Shown here in pieces: positions 37,101 through 48,000 of a stretch of DNA of 64,000 nt. Position numbers and translations under genes: made by a program. The stretch's first letter is position 1. Each line of letters begins with the position of its first letter. The notes beneath the pieces were generated by a model. That model had not been told where the DNA came from and did no database searches. It saw nothing but the letters and a program-made list of their open reading frames with translations. The stretch is taken from IMG/VR virus record IMGVR_UViG_3300023174_000033, positions 248,001-312,000 of that record, one strand, 5' to 3'.

Positions 37101-40100
37101 ATTTACAGGTGGTCCAACCGAAGCTTGGGCAAAGGGAGTATCACTAGGTATAGGTGGATTTGGTAAAGTATATGGAATGTTACTAGCTAACCAAATAGCT
37201 AAAATGTTTGGTGGTGGTGGTATTGGACCGGAACAGTTTGCGGAAGCCGTGAAATCAGTTTCAATAGCTTTAACTATCGCGGGTTCTATATTGAGTACAG
37301 CTAAATTCACTGGTGGTCCAACAGAGGAATGGTCTAAAGGTGTTGCTGCTGGTATAGGAGGATTCAGTACTGTATATAAAATGTTATTACTTAACCGAAT
37401 CGCAGAGATGTTTGGTGGTGGTGGAATTGGTCCAGATCAATTCTCTGAAGCTGTCAAAACTGTCTCAACTGCTTTAGCAGTCGCTGGAATAATACTAGGA
37501 CCGGCTAAATTCACTGGTGGTCCAACAGAGGAATGGTCCAAAGGTGTTGCTGCTGGTATAGGTGGTTTTAGTACCGTTTATAAAATGTTATTACTAAACA
37601 GAATCGCAGAGATGTTTGGTGGTGGTGGTATTGGACCTACCGATTTTTCTAAAGCTGTTGAATCGGTATCAATGGCCCTTATGGTTGCTGGAAGAGCGTT
37701 GGAAAATGGTAAGTTTACCGGTGGTCCAACAGTTGCTTGGTCCGAGGGTGTTGGTAAGGCACTAGGAGCATTCAGTGCAGTCTATCGTATGATGGCCGTT
37801 AATGGTTTAGCCAAAATGTTTGGCGGTGGTGGTCTTGGACCAAATGAGTTTGCAAGTGCGATAGAAGTAGTTTCTGGTGGTTTAGTTAAAGCAGGTGAAG
37901 CCTTAGCTGGTGGTAAATTTATTGGTGGACCTACTCTTGCTTGGTCTGAAGGTGTTTCCAAAGCTTTGGGGGCTTTCTCACCGATATACACAATGTTAGC
38001 TAAAAATAAAGAGTGGATATCTGCGGGGCCTAGTATAGAAGAGTACAAAACTGCAATACGTACAGTTGCGTTGGGTATGGTGGAAGCGGCTAAAATTTTA
38101 GCTTCACCAGAGGCACAAGTGGCTTATAAAAATGGACCTTCAAAACAGTGGGCAGAGGGTGTTTCAATAGCTTTACAAGGATTCACTGGAATATTTTCAA
38201 GCTTGAACAAAGACTCAAGTTGGTTCAGTGGTGGTCAGGATTATGAATTTTATGGTAAGGCCATAGAATCTGTTGGTAGAGGACTTGTAGCCGCAGCTAG
38301 AGCAATTGGAGCAGAGGGAGTTACATATGATTTGAATAAAGTGCCAAAACCAGAATGGGGTAAAAATGTGGGTGAAGCATTCAAGGCATTTATACCAGCT
38401 TTGAAATTAGTTCAAAGTGCTGGTTCTTCATTGCCTTGGGGACAAACTGGAGCAGAGGTTGTTTTAGAGGCTATGACCGCAATCGGAGATTCTTTAGTGA
38501 ATGTTTCATTAACAATATCAAAAGGAAACTTCAAAACTATTATACCATTACCTTGGGTTACTGGTTTGAAAGATTCATTCGGTATGATGGTTGATATCTT
38601 GAAGAGGGTAAATGGTGAGAAATTTACGGAAGCAGATAGTTGGGGACCACTTGGAAATATAGCATCCGCAGTTAAAATTGTATCGCAATTATTAGTTAAG
38701 GGTATTTATCCAGAGAATTTGATACCAGATGAGTGGACAAGTTCAGTAACATCTACTTTCAATCAATTTATTTCTATAATGAAGGATTTGGGGAAAATGA
38801 CAGACTTCACTGGTATAAGAAATATCACAAATAATGTTGTTTGGGTTTCAAAAATACTTTCAAGAGGTAAATATGATTATCAAGTAAATGAAGATTGGTT
38901 GGATAGTACCAAAACAACCTTTGATAATTTCATTGAGATTCTTAAATCAGTTAGGGATTTAATACCAATGGACTATGTTAAATTTAGAGCTGTCGGTAGT
39001 AATTTGGTGTGGATTTCAAATTTATTACCAAAGGGTAAATATGATTTCATAGTACCAGAAATTTGGACCGATTCAACTGTTTCAACAATGCAAACCTTTG
39101 CTGAATTATTCTCAAGTATGGGTAGAGTTGAACCAGCTGCTTACCAAGGTATAAGAAATATGGTCAATAATATTGTTTGGACCTCTCTTATATTACCAAG
39201 AGGAAAATACGATTATTCAATACCGAAGACTTTCAGTATGAATCTAGAATCTATATTCAATGATTTCATAAAATTATCATCAATATCAGAAAAATTACAA
39301 CCTAAATCCGTTGCATCTGTTAGGATTATGTCAAGATTAGTTACTGATACCTCACTTAATTTGAAAAGAGGTTTCTTCAATACTATGATTCCAAAGGGAT
39401 GGGCACAGTCAATACAAGAGACATTCAAACAATTTGCTTTGGGTATTTCCTTTTTGAAGAAAGAAGATGTATTGAAATCACTTGACAAGACAATGTCCAA
39501 GCAATTAATGGAATTAAGTCAATGTATCATAGATGTTGCTAATTTCTTTAATAAAACAAAGACAAATTTTGATCCTAGGAGAATGCCTAGTTTGGCTTGG
39601 TCACAAGGTTTTAGTCAAATAATTTCTGCTATAATACCTGGCCTACAGTTTATGGAGGAGAATGATTCTATATTTGGATTGGGGGATAGTGGTGCGGATA
39701 AGTTGAAAAAGGGTGTACAAGCACTAGCTAATGCTGTTGTGGACGCAAGTAATATTTTATCCAAGGGTAAATTCACTGTTAGAATACCTACTGACTATTT
39801 CACAAATTTAAGTGCAAGTATACAAAGTTATATTGAAATTACCAAAAATCTCAATGGTAGTGGTAGCACAAGTAGTGAATTGTTGAGATATGTGGATGGT
39901 ATGACAAAATTAGCAGAGGCATATGATAAACTTAGTCGGGCTCTTAACAAACTAAATAGTGAAGTTAATAAGATTGACAAAGAAAAAATGGACACCTTGA
40001 AAAACATGGCTGGTTCCGTTGTATTACTTTCACTAATGGATTCCTCTCAATTTGATAAGATGATGATGTCATTAGAGAGTAAGGCTAAAATGTTTGTTGA

Positions 40101-40401
40101 GTTCTTTGATAAAACTGCTAAACAATCTTTAAAAGAGGCTCCTGGTTATCCAACCGCTGAAGTTGAGGAAGGTGCTAAAAAATTAGGCCCACAATCAACT
40201 GCAGTCAAACCTACTGCTGTTAAAAAAGAAAAGAAACCAGAAGATTTGATGAGCGAAATGAGTGGATATTTGAAACTTATGGCGACTTCTTTAGCATCTA
40301 TTCAAGGTGTTATTGGAGAGTCGCAGAAGGACATTACTTTATCTGGATATTTATCTTATAAGCAAAGTCAGGGACAAGTATTCAAATTAGGGGGTAATTA
40401 A
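31150..40401 (+). CDS. Tape-measure-like protein (3083 aa) with multiple repeat blocks and hydrophobic segments
   Basis: Very long, Ala/Gly/Ile-rich helical repeats with periodic Trp/Phe and many TM-like segments; near sheath genes. Function inferred. Confidence 0.65.
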   Translation: MDKKLLDALNNLSIGLEILSQALEDNGKEMKSAVSQALKSIDLDKKFKTLSKGIESLADVSKKITDGQNTTLKILEEQSKKIAGLSKSTTGAKAKITKVNQGPELAPLPEQEIPLKYGEVPTLPELGKIEEQIIPIKYGELPTLPELGKIKEQIIPLKYGKAPIFVNLSKIKETLIPLKYGKVPIFINLEKIKEAIIPLKYGSVPTLPKMAKIEEQIIPLKYGDIPTLPEMAKVEEQIIPLVYGELPTLPSIAEQVIQLKYGELPSLPSIGEQIIPLKYGEVPTLPKMGEIEEQIIPLKYGEVPTLRDLAKVEDQIIPLKYGEVPTLPEMAKIIEQIIPLKYGEVPTLPEMAKISEQIIPLKYGEVPTLPEMAKVEEQIIPLKYGEVPTLPEMAKIGDQIIPLKYGDVPTLPKMGEIEEQIIPLKYGEVPTLPKMGEIEEQIIPLKYGEVPTLPEMAKIGDQIIPLKYGDVPTLPEMAKIGEQVIPLKYGEAPTLPEMAKISEQIIPLKYGDVPTLPEMAKIGDQIIPLKYGDVPTLPEMAKISEQIIPLKYGELPTLPEMAKVEEQIIPLKCGEAPTLPEMAKIGEQVIPLKYGEAPTLPEMAKVEEQIIPLKYGDVPTLPEMVKISQQIIPLKYGELPTLPEMAKISEQIIPLKYGEVPTLPEMAKVEEQIIPLKYGELPTLPEMAKIGDQIIPLKYGDVPTLPELGKIDSQEIPLSYGKLPELPKVGKVDSIELPVKYGKMPDLPKMAKMKPIELPVKWGKIPKLPQLPKISAQEIALKYEKVKPFTPPTPKKVIIPTEYEQPKNKVTAPPKQTVKGQAESPMDPKKNKGIKEGIGLILLMAVAIVALGLAFKVIGGVNIGTVLALSVAIPILALAFAKVSEYKSLTLKRALELTGVMVAIATAVLLSSFILSAVAPVGGAQILTTLSIALMFTVIGFGLQQLINSVQGLGPKAMRNVFLLPIIMPALSLAILLSSFILSMVQPVGMVQLFSAIAIAGVFYVLSLGIEKLVEGVSKIGAGSLVALAIMPLVLAALSFSIMLSSYFLSAVAPVGIVQLFTAIGIAAVFTVLSYGLKNLMEGISSVGIKSLLFLPFLPLIMVTLSLAIAMSSYVLGAVKPVGILQLFTAILIAGVFSVLAYGLNKMISALKGVNPATAAVIAVALPILLVAISFAIMASSYAFAAIKPIGLTQFLTALAISIIFIPISFALPYISKAIQNISIGRIVLLPVIMVAMAVAIWLSSEIFAKVTPIPLATLFNVVMIAITMALVTLILGFTAKLINSISIKTFLKGALAMVIIATTIMTTSLILAKGEYTKYPSIGWLIGSLLGVAGFGIVMFLLDKVGLNPAKVITGAIAIVAIAGAIYVSSLILSKGNYTKYPTIDWAIGVAASMIPFGIASVILGAIATSGVGALAIAAGLVAIIAIAGTIIAVDKILSIGSYGKYPTLPWVKGVGASLLAFGVATVGLGTFIVGTIGIGALALAAGKDAVLGIAQNIVDAAEILSKGNFTGGPKKEWAEGVAIALGAFSPIYSMLAKGGIMKLFTGGPSPQEFGQAIVAICDSINIAAERLSKGKFIGGPTKAWSEGVGLGIGAFASVYKMLLANSIMKMFGGGGIGPKDFASAIQAISAGLLVAGESLSKGTFTGGPTKEWSEGVAAGIGGFSQVYNMLMANAIMKMFGGGGIGPKDFGKAIQAISQGLLISSEILAKGTFTGGPTKKWSEGVAAGIGGFSQVYSMLMSNAIMKMFGGGGIGPKDFSKAVEAISKGLMVASLNLAKGNFTGGPSKNWAEGVSASIGAFSKVYNMLISSSIMKMFGGGGISPQDFGKAIESISKGLTKAGDILSKGKFTGGPSVSWALGVREGIGAFSSVYAMLISSGIPKMFGGGFGPKDFATAIETMSEALKKSGNILSKGKFSGGPTLAWAMGVSQAIGGFSKVYDMMVMNKVASMFGGGGLGPIEFAKAVESVSKSLNLAGELLSGGKFTGGPTEAWAKGVSLGIGGFGKVYGMLLANQIAKMFGGGGIGPEQFAEAVKSVSIALTIAGSILSTAKFTGGPTEEWSKGVAAGIGGFSTVYKMLLLNRIAEMFGGGGIGPDQFSEAVKTVSTALAVAGIILGPAKFTGGPTEEWSKGVAAGIGGFSTVYKMLLLNRIAEMFGGGGIGPTDFSKAVESVSMALMVAGRALENGKFTGGPTVAWSEGVGKALGAFSAVYRMMAVNGLAKMFGGGGLGPNEFASAIEVVSGGLVKAGEALAGGKFIGGPTLAWSEGVSKALGAFSPIYTMLAKNKEWISAGPSIEEYKTAIRTVALGMVEAAKILASPEAQVAYKNGPSKQWAEGVSIALQGFTGIFSSLNKDSSWFSGGQDYEFYGKAIESVGRGLVAAARAIGAEGVTYDLNKVPKPEWGKNVGEAFKAFIPALKLVQSAGSSLPWGQTGAEVVLEAMTAIGDSLVNVSLTISKGNFKTIIPLPWVTGLKDSFGMMVDILKRVNGEKFTEADSWGPLGNIASAVKIVSQLLVKGIYPENLIPDEWTSSVTSTFNQFISIMKDLGKMTDFTGIRNITNNVVWVSKILSRGKYDYQVNEDWLDSTKTTFDNFIEILKSVRDLIPMDYVKFRAVGSNLVWISNLLPKGKYDFIVPEIWTDSTVSTMQTFAELFSSMGRVEPAAYQGIRNMVNNIVWTSLILPRGKYDYSIPKTFSMNLESIFNDFIKLSSISEKLQPKSVASVRIMSRLVTDTSLNLKRGFFNTMIPKGWAQSIQETFKQFALGISFLKKEDVLKSLDKTMSKQLMELSQCIIDVANFFNKTKTNFDPRRMPSLAWSQGFSQIISAIIPGLQFMEENDSIFGLGDSGADKLKKGVQALANAVVDASNILSKGKFTVRIPTDYFTNLSASIQSYIEITKNLNGSGSTSSELLRYVDGMTKLAEAYDKLSRALNKLNSEVNKIDKEKMDTLKNMAGSVVLLSLMDSSQFDKMMMSLESKAKMFVEFFDKTAKQSLKEAPGYPTAEVEEGAKKLGPQSTAVKPTAVKKEKKPEDLMSEMSGYLKLMATSLASIQGVIGESQKDITLSGYLSYKQSQGQVFKLGGN
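31470..33510 (+). repeat. 63-nt (21-aa) tandem coding repeat, about 33 copies, consensus EEQIIPLKYGEVPTLPEMAKI
   Basis: Counted in the translation; near-identical DNA units such as cctaccttaccagagatggccaagatt. Confidence 0.95.
35670..38200 (+). repeat. About 204-nt (68-aa) tandem coding repeat, about 12 copies (GKFTGGPTxxWSEGV...MFGGGGIGP)
   Basis: GxFTGGP motif starts at 36283, 36487, 36691 etc. with 204-nt spacing. Confidence 0.9.
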
Positions 40402-40434
40402 AAACTAATTCAGTTTCTTTTTATATAAAAAATT

Positions 40435-40863
40435 ATGAAAGTTAATTTTTTCAAAAAGATTTATTTATTCTTTACATTTTACAATAAGTTACAAAAGAAT
40501 AAAACCAATTTATTGGGAGGTTTTGGAGCTCGTGTGGATTATATTTGTAGAATTTACACGGTATTAAATATCCCAAAGGAAATGTTTGAGGAACCGTATA
40601 ATATCAGAACAACCGATATTGATGCAATTTCTCAAAATTATTTGAGAACATTCTCAACTCAATTTCAAGATTATCTTAATTCAATAGGTTTAAGGGAGTT
40701 GTTTGACATCTATGAAGTCAAAAAGGTGGATAAATTTAGTTACCTGGTTGTATTTGGTTTTTCACTTTTCAATACTAAAAAGGTGGCAAAAAATCTCATT
40801 ATTATATCTACGTTTCTTGGTATGATCATGATTATTTATGGAATTTACAATCTCATAAATTAA
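40435..40863 (+). CDS. Hypothetical membrane protein
   Basis: C-terminal hydrophobic helix LIIISTFLGMIMIIYGIY. Confidence 0.65.
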   Translation: MKVNFFKKIYLFFTFYNKLQKNKTNLLGGFGARVDYICRIYTVLNIPKEMFEEPYNIRTTDIDAISQNYLRTFSTQFQDYLNSIGLRELFDIYEVKKVDKFSYLVVFGFSLFNTKKVAKNLIIISTFLGMIMIIYGIYNLIN

Positions 40864-40904
40864 ACTACTAAACTTTGTCAAATATAATCTTAAAATAAAT
40901 AAAT

Positions 40905-41330
40905 ATGGCTAAATTTTATAACTTGGGTGATGATACAATCACTTTATTCAGAAGAGTATTTCAGAGGAAATCTTTTCCATTTAATGTTGGATTTCAATTT
41001 GTTGGATGCGAGTCACAAAAGAATCTAATAAAGATAACAAAATTACCTGATCAATTTTCTTTCATTTTAGAGAAAGAACTTCTTGTGATCATTAATGAAG
41101 ATTTGATTCAAGTTTATGATGAAGAATCAACCCAAATTCTAATTGAACAAGAAATTGATAAAATTTCGGTAAATATGGATACCGGTAAAATCAAAATGGT
41201 GAAGCCAGATCTGTCAACCTTTTCAAGTCTTATTAACAAATATGGAATTGATAAAATTGCAAGGGCTAATAAAGTTGAGGAACTTTATCAAGAACAAAAA
41301 AATGATCAAGAAATTGATTTTTTAAATTAA
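40905..41330 (+). CDS. Phage metallopeptidase-like fold, apparently lacking HExxH
   Basis: LLVIINED...ILIEQEIDKI...KPDLSTFSSLINKYG follows the layout of the putative phage metallopeptidase family, with QEIDK in place of HELxH. Confidence 0.45.
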   Translation: MAKFYNLGDDTITLFRRVFQRKSFPFNVGFQFVGCESQKNLIKITKLPDQFSFILEKELLVIINEDLIQVYDEESTQILIEQEIDKISVNMDTGKIKMVKPDLSTFSSLINKYGIDKIARANKVEELYQEQKNDQEIDFLN

Positions 41331-41350
41331 AAAAAATAAAATAAAATTAT

Positions 41351-41977
41351 ATGTATCAAAAACCAGAAATACAAACTAACGTGGTTAAACCAAAAATGTT
41401 TACCAACTTCAATAATGAAGAATTCAGAATTCTTTCACCAGAAATGGAAAATGAGTTGGACAAAGCTGTTAAAGATGTTCTAACTTTTATGACTTATAAC
41501 ATGGGCGTTGGCAAATCAGAAGAAGAAAAAGACTATCTCTACATTGAGGCAAAAAAGCTTTGGGAAAATTATGTTAGAGTTTTTAGAGATACTAAATTAA
41601 CCCTATATTTGAATCCTGAACAATTTGATTATTTTACAAAAATCCTTAAAGAAGAAATTGAATACGATGTAAATACTATTTTCTTTGGAATTGATTTGAC
41701 AAATACTCTTGGAAGTTGGGTTAAGCAAGTAATTGAATCTGAAGTTGAAATAAGTAGTTATCAGACTGACCCAGTAAGTTTCAATTATATTGACCATCTA
41801 ATTTCCACAGTAAAGGTTAAGGGTCTAACAGAGGAATCTTATCTATTTGGCCAAGTATTGCGTAAAATCAAAGAGATCATGAAGGTCATTAATTTTTACG
41901 ACGGTCATGCTAAAAATCTTTCAAAAGATATCCAAGAATGGGTCTCTAATTTTGAACAAAACCAAATGGCCTATTAA
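41351..41977 (+). CDS. Hypothetical protein
   Basis: 208-aa ORF followed by a terminator. Confidence 0.7.
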   Translation: MYQKPEIQTNVVKPKMFTNFNNEEFRILSPEMENELDKAVKDVLTFMTYNMGVGKSEEEKDYLYIEAKKLWENYVRVFRDTKLTLYLNPEQFDYFTKILKEEIEYDVNTIFFGIDLTNTLGSWVKQVIESEVEISSYQTDPVSFNYIDHLISTVKVKGLTEESYLFGQVLRKIKEIMKVINFYDGHAKNLSKDIQEWVSNFEQNQMAY

Positions 41978-41980
41978 TTT

Positions 41981-42008
41981 AAAACCCCTCTTTTGAGGGG
42001 TTTTTTTT
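41981..42008. terminator. Bidirectional intrinsic terminator
   Basis: aaaacccctc-tttt-gaggggtttttttt between convergent genes. Confidence 0.85.
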
Positions 42009-45000
42009 ATTCAATCTTTCTTGTTAATTGTATAATTGGTGAGAAAGGCAATAGTGGTTCTGGATATCTTAACGGATCAGCTAAATCCTTTGTACTTCTG
42101 ATTTCATAATTTTTCTTTACTGTGAATGTCTGACCATATCCATTATCACTTGTCAATTCAATTACTACGAATGGATCAATATTTGTATCAATTGTAAAAT
42201 TGTAAGGATTTGATATAAATTGTGGTTTTGGCTTTTCGTCATAAAGAAGTACAGGCAGATCTTCTACTAAACTGTAACTTGATACGATTCTAAACTCACT
42301 CAATGTCTGAACCGGCATCATATCTACAAGTTTCCACTCTGTCATATAAAGCCAACTAGCTGTTGCTGGTTGTCTATTTATATCTAAAAATGGATTCACA
42401 TTTGATTGAGAACCAAAAGTTATATAAGAATTTGTTGCGTTGATATATTGATAAATTTCTCTATCATAATTTATGAATTGGCCGAGTGTGAAATTAATTG
42501 ATGCCGTCCAAGTTGTTAGATTTTCATATTTTCTTGGATTTTTTAATTTGTTATTAGTTATTACAGAAGTATAAAATTTACCATAATAAGAAACTATATC
42601 ACTTAAAGTATATGTTGTGAAAGGATTCCATTCTTTATAAGTCTTATAAGTTTTTATTTTAATTTTAAAATAATCTGGCATAACTGAGTGTGTTGGCACC
42701 GCACCAACATAGAAGTCAATTCTGCAAGTGTAAACAGTTGATCCACTATTCACTGGTGCTAAATAAGCTTCACTGAGCGTGAAATCAACTGGAGTAAAAT
42801 CTTGTTTTATATTCAGTATTTTAGCATCATAATTTTTGTGTTGTATTGTAGTCACCCCAACAAAATCAGCCCTACCTGTAATATCAAGTATTCTATGAGT
42901 TATTGGTATAATTTTATTTTCTAACCATAATTTCAATCCCTGTAATTTCATCAAAACCTCACTCAAAGAATACAAAAGTACATTAGTTCCTTCCTTATCA
43001 GTTATTTTGAATGTTAAATTGAATAAGTTAGTTTCTTCGTATCTAGGATTTGGTAGAGTATATTTCAGAAAATCTTTATCACTCCAACCTTTAATTGTGT
43101 TATCAAAAATATCCGGTATTTCTACTTTGAATAAAGATTCAAATCTTATATCACTTTTTTCTACATTTCTATAATATTCATAAAGTTCCAAATCGTTGTA
43201 GCCAAAGTGATTTATTGAATTTATAATTGACTTATAAGATCCAATATACGGGAATATTTCATTACGAGTCATTAATAACTCTTTCCTTTTCTTGTTTAAG
43301 TAAGTCCAATCAACACCTTGTTCATTTATATCATATTCTTTATAGATGAATATATCATCTGGATTTACTAATTGACCGTTGTTAGCTAATTCAATTTTAT
43401 AACGTATATCTTCAATTTCAGTTTGGACTTTTACATTTATTTTTGCAATTGGCCTATCAACTACCTGAAATCTTGTCTGTAAATAAGTAGTATCGCCGTC
43501 AAATGGATAATCATCAATTTGAGTAAACTCATCAATAAAAACTCTATCAATAAAATTCACTATCAAATATTTTGAAAATACTTCTTCAATCTCAACAGTT
43601 ATTCCACTATTGTATGATATGTACTTATTTTTCTGATTTGTAGCATCTGTTATTGTCAATTTCAAGAATTGTCCTTGTTTCAATCCCCTTGTGATACCCT
43701 TTGAATCTTGTCTAAAATTATGAAATGATATACTATTTAGTAATATGTATCCTTTTGAATTACCAAGTCTATCGGTTTGAACTGTAAATTGAATTACACT
43801 TGAATTTTGAGATGCTGAAACTATCGTAAAATCAATTGGCTCTCTTTTATTAATGTAAAGAGTGGATGCCATAACACCCTCATTTTTTGAATTACACCCA
43901 ATGTATACTTGTAAAGGTGTTGGTTTGTTAGCTATGTTGGTTTCTGAATCAACATGATCAAGTGTAAATCTTAATGATTCAAAAACAGTTTGTTGATATT
44001 CCGATAGACCAGCTCTATCTGGTTTTGTATTTGGTGTTGTATTTAGAGAAACAATTGGAAACGGTTTTGGTCCAGTATATGGTACGGATGCTGTCGGACT
44101 CAATTGATCACCACTATAGTCATATAAAAATATATCCTTTACATCATCGTTTTCCCACTGAAATATAAAGTCCACTAATGGTTCATCATTGAAGTTTTCT
44201 CTTGGTTTTCTAACATATTCTCTAGCTTTTAACCATAAATTTTTTGGCAGCGAATAATTTGGATCAAGATTTCCATATAAGTTATCCGCGGTAGTTTCTG
44301 AAATACTTGTGCCATCTATAGCGATACTGGTTGATACTGAAACATCCATTTCAAATAATAAAGATACCTTATCAGCAGTTAGTTGACTTGGTGAATAAAC
44401 GATACCATAAATACTTTTTCTATCTGGATTATAAATGATTTTTGAAGCGGTTCCATCAATACTTTGTTGGGACTTTATGGATCTACTGAATTTATCCATA
44501 ACAGATATGGTTCTCTGCGAAGCATTCGCGATATAAGTATCTCCATCAAACAGGTTATGTACGATTGGCCCCCATGCTACCGGAGTTATTATGTTGGAAA
44601 CTGGGTTACCATCAAGGTCAAATACATCAAACTGACCAGTGGAAGAAACTTGAATTTGTTGTTGGGCAATGTCATAAGCGATGTATCTATTTGCTCCGGT
44701 AAAAATTGGTGTCAACGGACTAGAATAGGTCGCAAAATTTATCAAGGCGTCACCATTTACACTTAACATACCTGCAAATGAATTTGGTGAGGTTCTTTGT
44801 CCAAAAGCATATATTGAGCTATTCCAAGGGCCATAATACAATTCTTCTTTAAGAGAGGCCGGTGAAGTTGTCATTAAGCTATAGCTTGATACAATTAATC
44901 TTGTGTCACCATCATATCGGAGTATCCAAGGTCTATTCGATGGTACAGTCTGTGTGTCAATCGCTCTGATATACATATCCTTCTCAACAGGATTAAAAAC

Positions 45001-48000
45001 CATGTTATACCAATTTAGACTTGGAACACTTGATTCAAAAGTCGGAACGCTTGTAAAATTACTTTTTGACCAAACACTAAATTTTCTATTAGTGGCTCCC
45101 GCACCATATGTCACATAAAAATCACCGTTATCCGTATTAACTTCGCAAGCATGTGGGGAAGCGGAGAAAGTGAATGTATATTCTAATTTCGGTATGTATG
45201 GGTCAACAACATAAGCTCTGTGTACTGTAGCAGCTGGTAATGCACTTTGGGATGAACTTATACAATAAAGAAAGTTATTTACGGGATTAAATACCATAAA
45301 TTTTGGTTGACCAGAAAATGGTAATATAACTTGATCTATAAAATCATTAGTTCTTGAATCATAAGCGATCAATCTACTATCACTTGGTAAACTTACTGAT
45401 GTTCCTGATAAAACATAAATTCTATTTGCAGAATTTAAATACGTTATATCAACAAAGTGGTCAAAATCATATGACGCGGCACTCGGGTGATTTGGTCTAC
45501 CGACATAACTCATTGTATAACTATTTGAGGCTCCGAATTGTATCCTGAATGAACTAGCAAAAGAAGACTTTGCGAAATCTCCTGGACTTGCGGGTTTTGG
45601 AACACTTGGAGTACAACTCAAAACATTAAAACCAGCACCAAAACCTAATGTTGAAAATGGAGCTACATCACAATATGGAGTAGTTGTTGGCCAAAATGGA
45701 CCTTGATAACTCAAATTCATAGATTGTGAACCCAAAAATTCAATATTATACTCATTATTATTATAAGGTCTAGTTGAATTATTTATAGTCACTAATTGTC
45801 CAGTAGCGAACCCATCAATTTCAAAATTAAATTTATTATTATTTGATAAAACCACAGAGTTTGAAGTTATCAAACATCCTAAATTGCCAGGTATGCATTT
45901 CTTTATTTCAAATGATGGTAGTCCTGGTAGTGAAATTATACCAGTTTTTACCGAAATTTCAAACCTTTGGTCTTGTTCTTTTACACTAAAAATTAACATA
46001 GAAAGATTACTTGTCACGATAATATCATATCCTGCTAATTTTTCCGACCAGTTCCTGACAAAATTTATTAATGTAGTATTAAAATCTACCTTACCCGATT
46101 TATAAGTCACATCTTGTCTATATTCAAAATCATTTAGTAATATAGAAAAACTAGAACTCAAATTATAAAGAAGTACTTTGGTGTGTAAAATTGAAAAATT
46201 AGCAGTTGTGCCAACTCTCACACTAAAAACCAAAGGTACATTTGGATACTCTGTTTTAAAGGATATTGTATTTCTGAAAATTGAATAACCTTTACCCGTG
46301 TATTCAAGTGTTGTTACTATACCTAAATTTGCTATTGGTACATACCATTTTGTTAACCAATTTTCTAGAGTTCTATTTATTGTAGAATCCATGTTAACAT
46401 TTATTCCATCATAAATAAATTCAACATCTTCATAATATATTTGACCATTCAAAGTTATTTCAATTCCAAATTCATCAATATCGGTAAAAACAATATCATA
46501 TCGTTTATTTTCTGAAAAATCTCTATTAAGTTCAGTCGTTAGATTTTCTACAATCTCAATGTTTGATTCACTAATATCAATTATTTCAGCAGATGGGGCT
46601 ATTAGTTGGGTGCTAGTAGTTGGTGTTTCCAAATAATATTCAACTTTAGCATATTCCTCTGGATAAATTAAGTCACAATAAATTTTATTATTATTGTAAT
46701 AATAATTAATATTCAAACTTTTTAGTTCAGGTGCGTATCTATCAATTGAAGAACCGAATGTAAAATCAACACTTTGTGTATAAGGTTGTGGATAAACAAA
46801 ATAATTGTTAATCAGTTGTACTTCACCTGTAAAAAAAGGTTGATCAACAATTGATTCAACAATTGGTAATGTTGTAGATTCTTTCCAAAATCCTGTGTTA
46901 TCTGGAAAAATTGAAGCAGTTGCCGTCCAAGTGTATTGTGTGGTACATTCGTATATAATATTATTATAAATGGTTAAGAAACCCACTGGTATGTCTGTTT
47001 TGGGTTTCACAGGTTGGTTCCAAGTTGAGTAAGTAGATGATACACCTATTGAATTCCAGTTTGGAATATTATCTATTGTTAAAAAATTACTGTTTAAACC
47101 TGGTGACGCATTAACCACACTAAACCTAATACCAGGTTTTAATATCCTTGGAATTCCACCCTGCAACTGAATTGTTTTTGTTGCTTGGAAAAATTGTAAT
47201 CCTCCAGTATATACAGTTGGTAAATCTGTCAATAAAGTTACTCTTAATGTAAAAGTGGTATTTGGAAGAATAGATATAGGGTTCAGTGTATACCTTTTAT
47301 AAACTCTGTCCGGTAGAGAAACAGGATTACCAAAAGTGTCCTTTGGAATATTAACTGATACAATCTTATTATTCTTCTCTGAATTTATTATATTTAATTT
47401 TCTGTCGTTATAATATTTTCTATAAAATTGTGGTTCCGACCAAGAAGAAAGGTTATCTTTACTACCACTTCTGTAATTATAAATGCCGATAGAATTTACA
47501 CCAGATATGAAAAAAGTATTAATAAAAGTTATGTCAAATAATCCCGCTAAATTGTTTTTTGTGTCAGCCAATAACATTATAGCATTCTTTTTTGTTTTAT
47601 GTACATTATAAGTCTTATTAGGTGAGAAATCGGTGAATGCTGTTGAGAATCTAACCTGAGACCCTATTGGAAATATTGTATCAAAATTATCTCCATAAAT
47701 CCACCTTGATGATAATTTTGGATCTGAATTTGGCACCTCATAATTTGTTATAGAAAAAGTAGAGGAAGTAGCTCCATAGAAATTAATCCCAAATTCATTG
47801 AATAATTGAAATTTATCCAATGATAGTGTAACACCAGGTGCATAAGCAAAACCTGGTATTTTCTCTAAAACATAAAGTCCTATTGTTTTGTGAGTATCAT
47901 CACTATTTTCGTGGAAGATTAAATCACCTTCCCAAATTTTATCAGTTTCGCTCCATCTAAAATTTAAACTATCCCCCTCTTTATTAAAGAAAATTAATGA

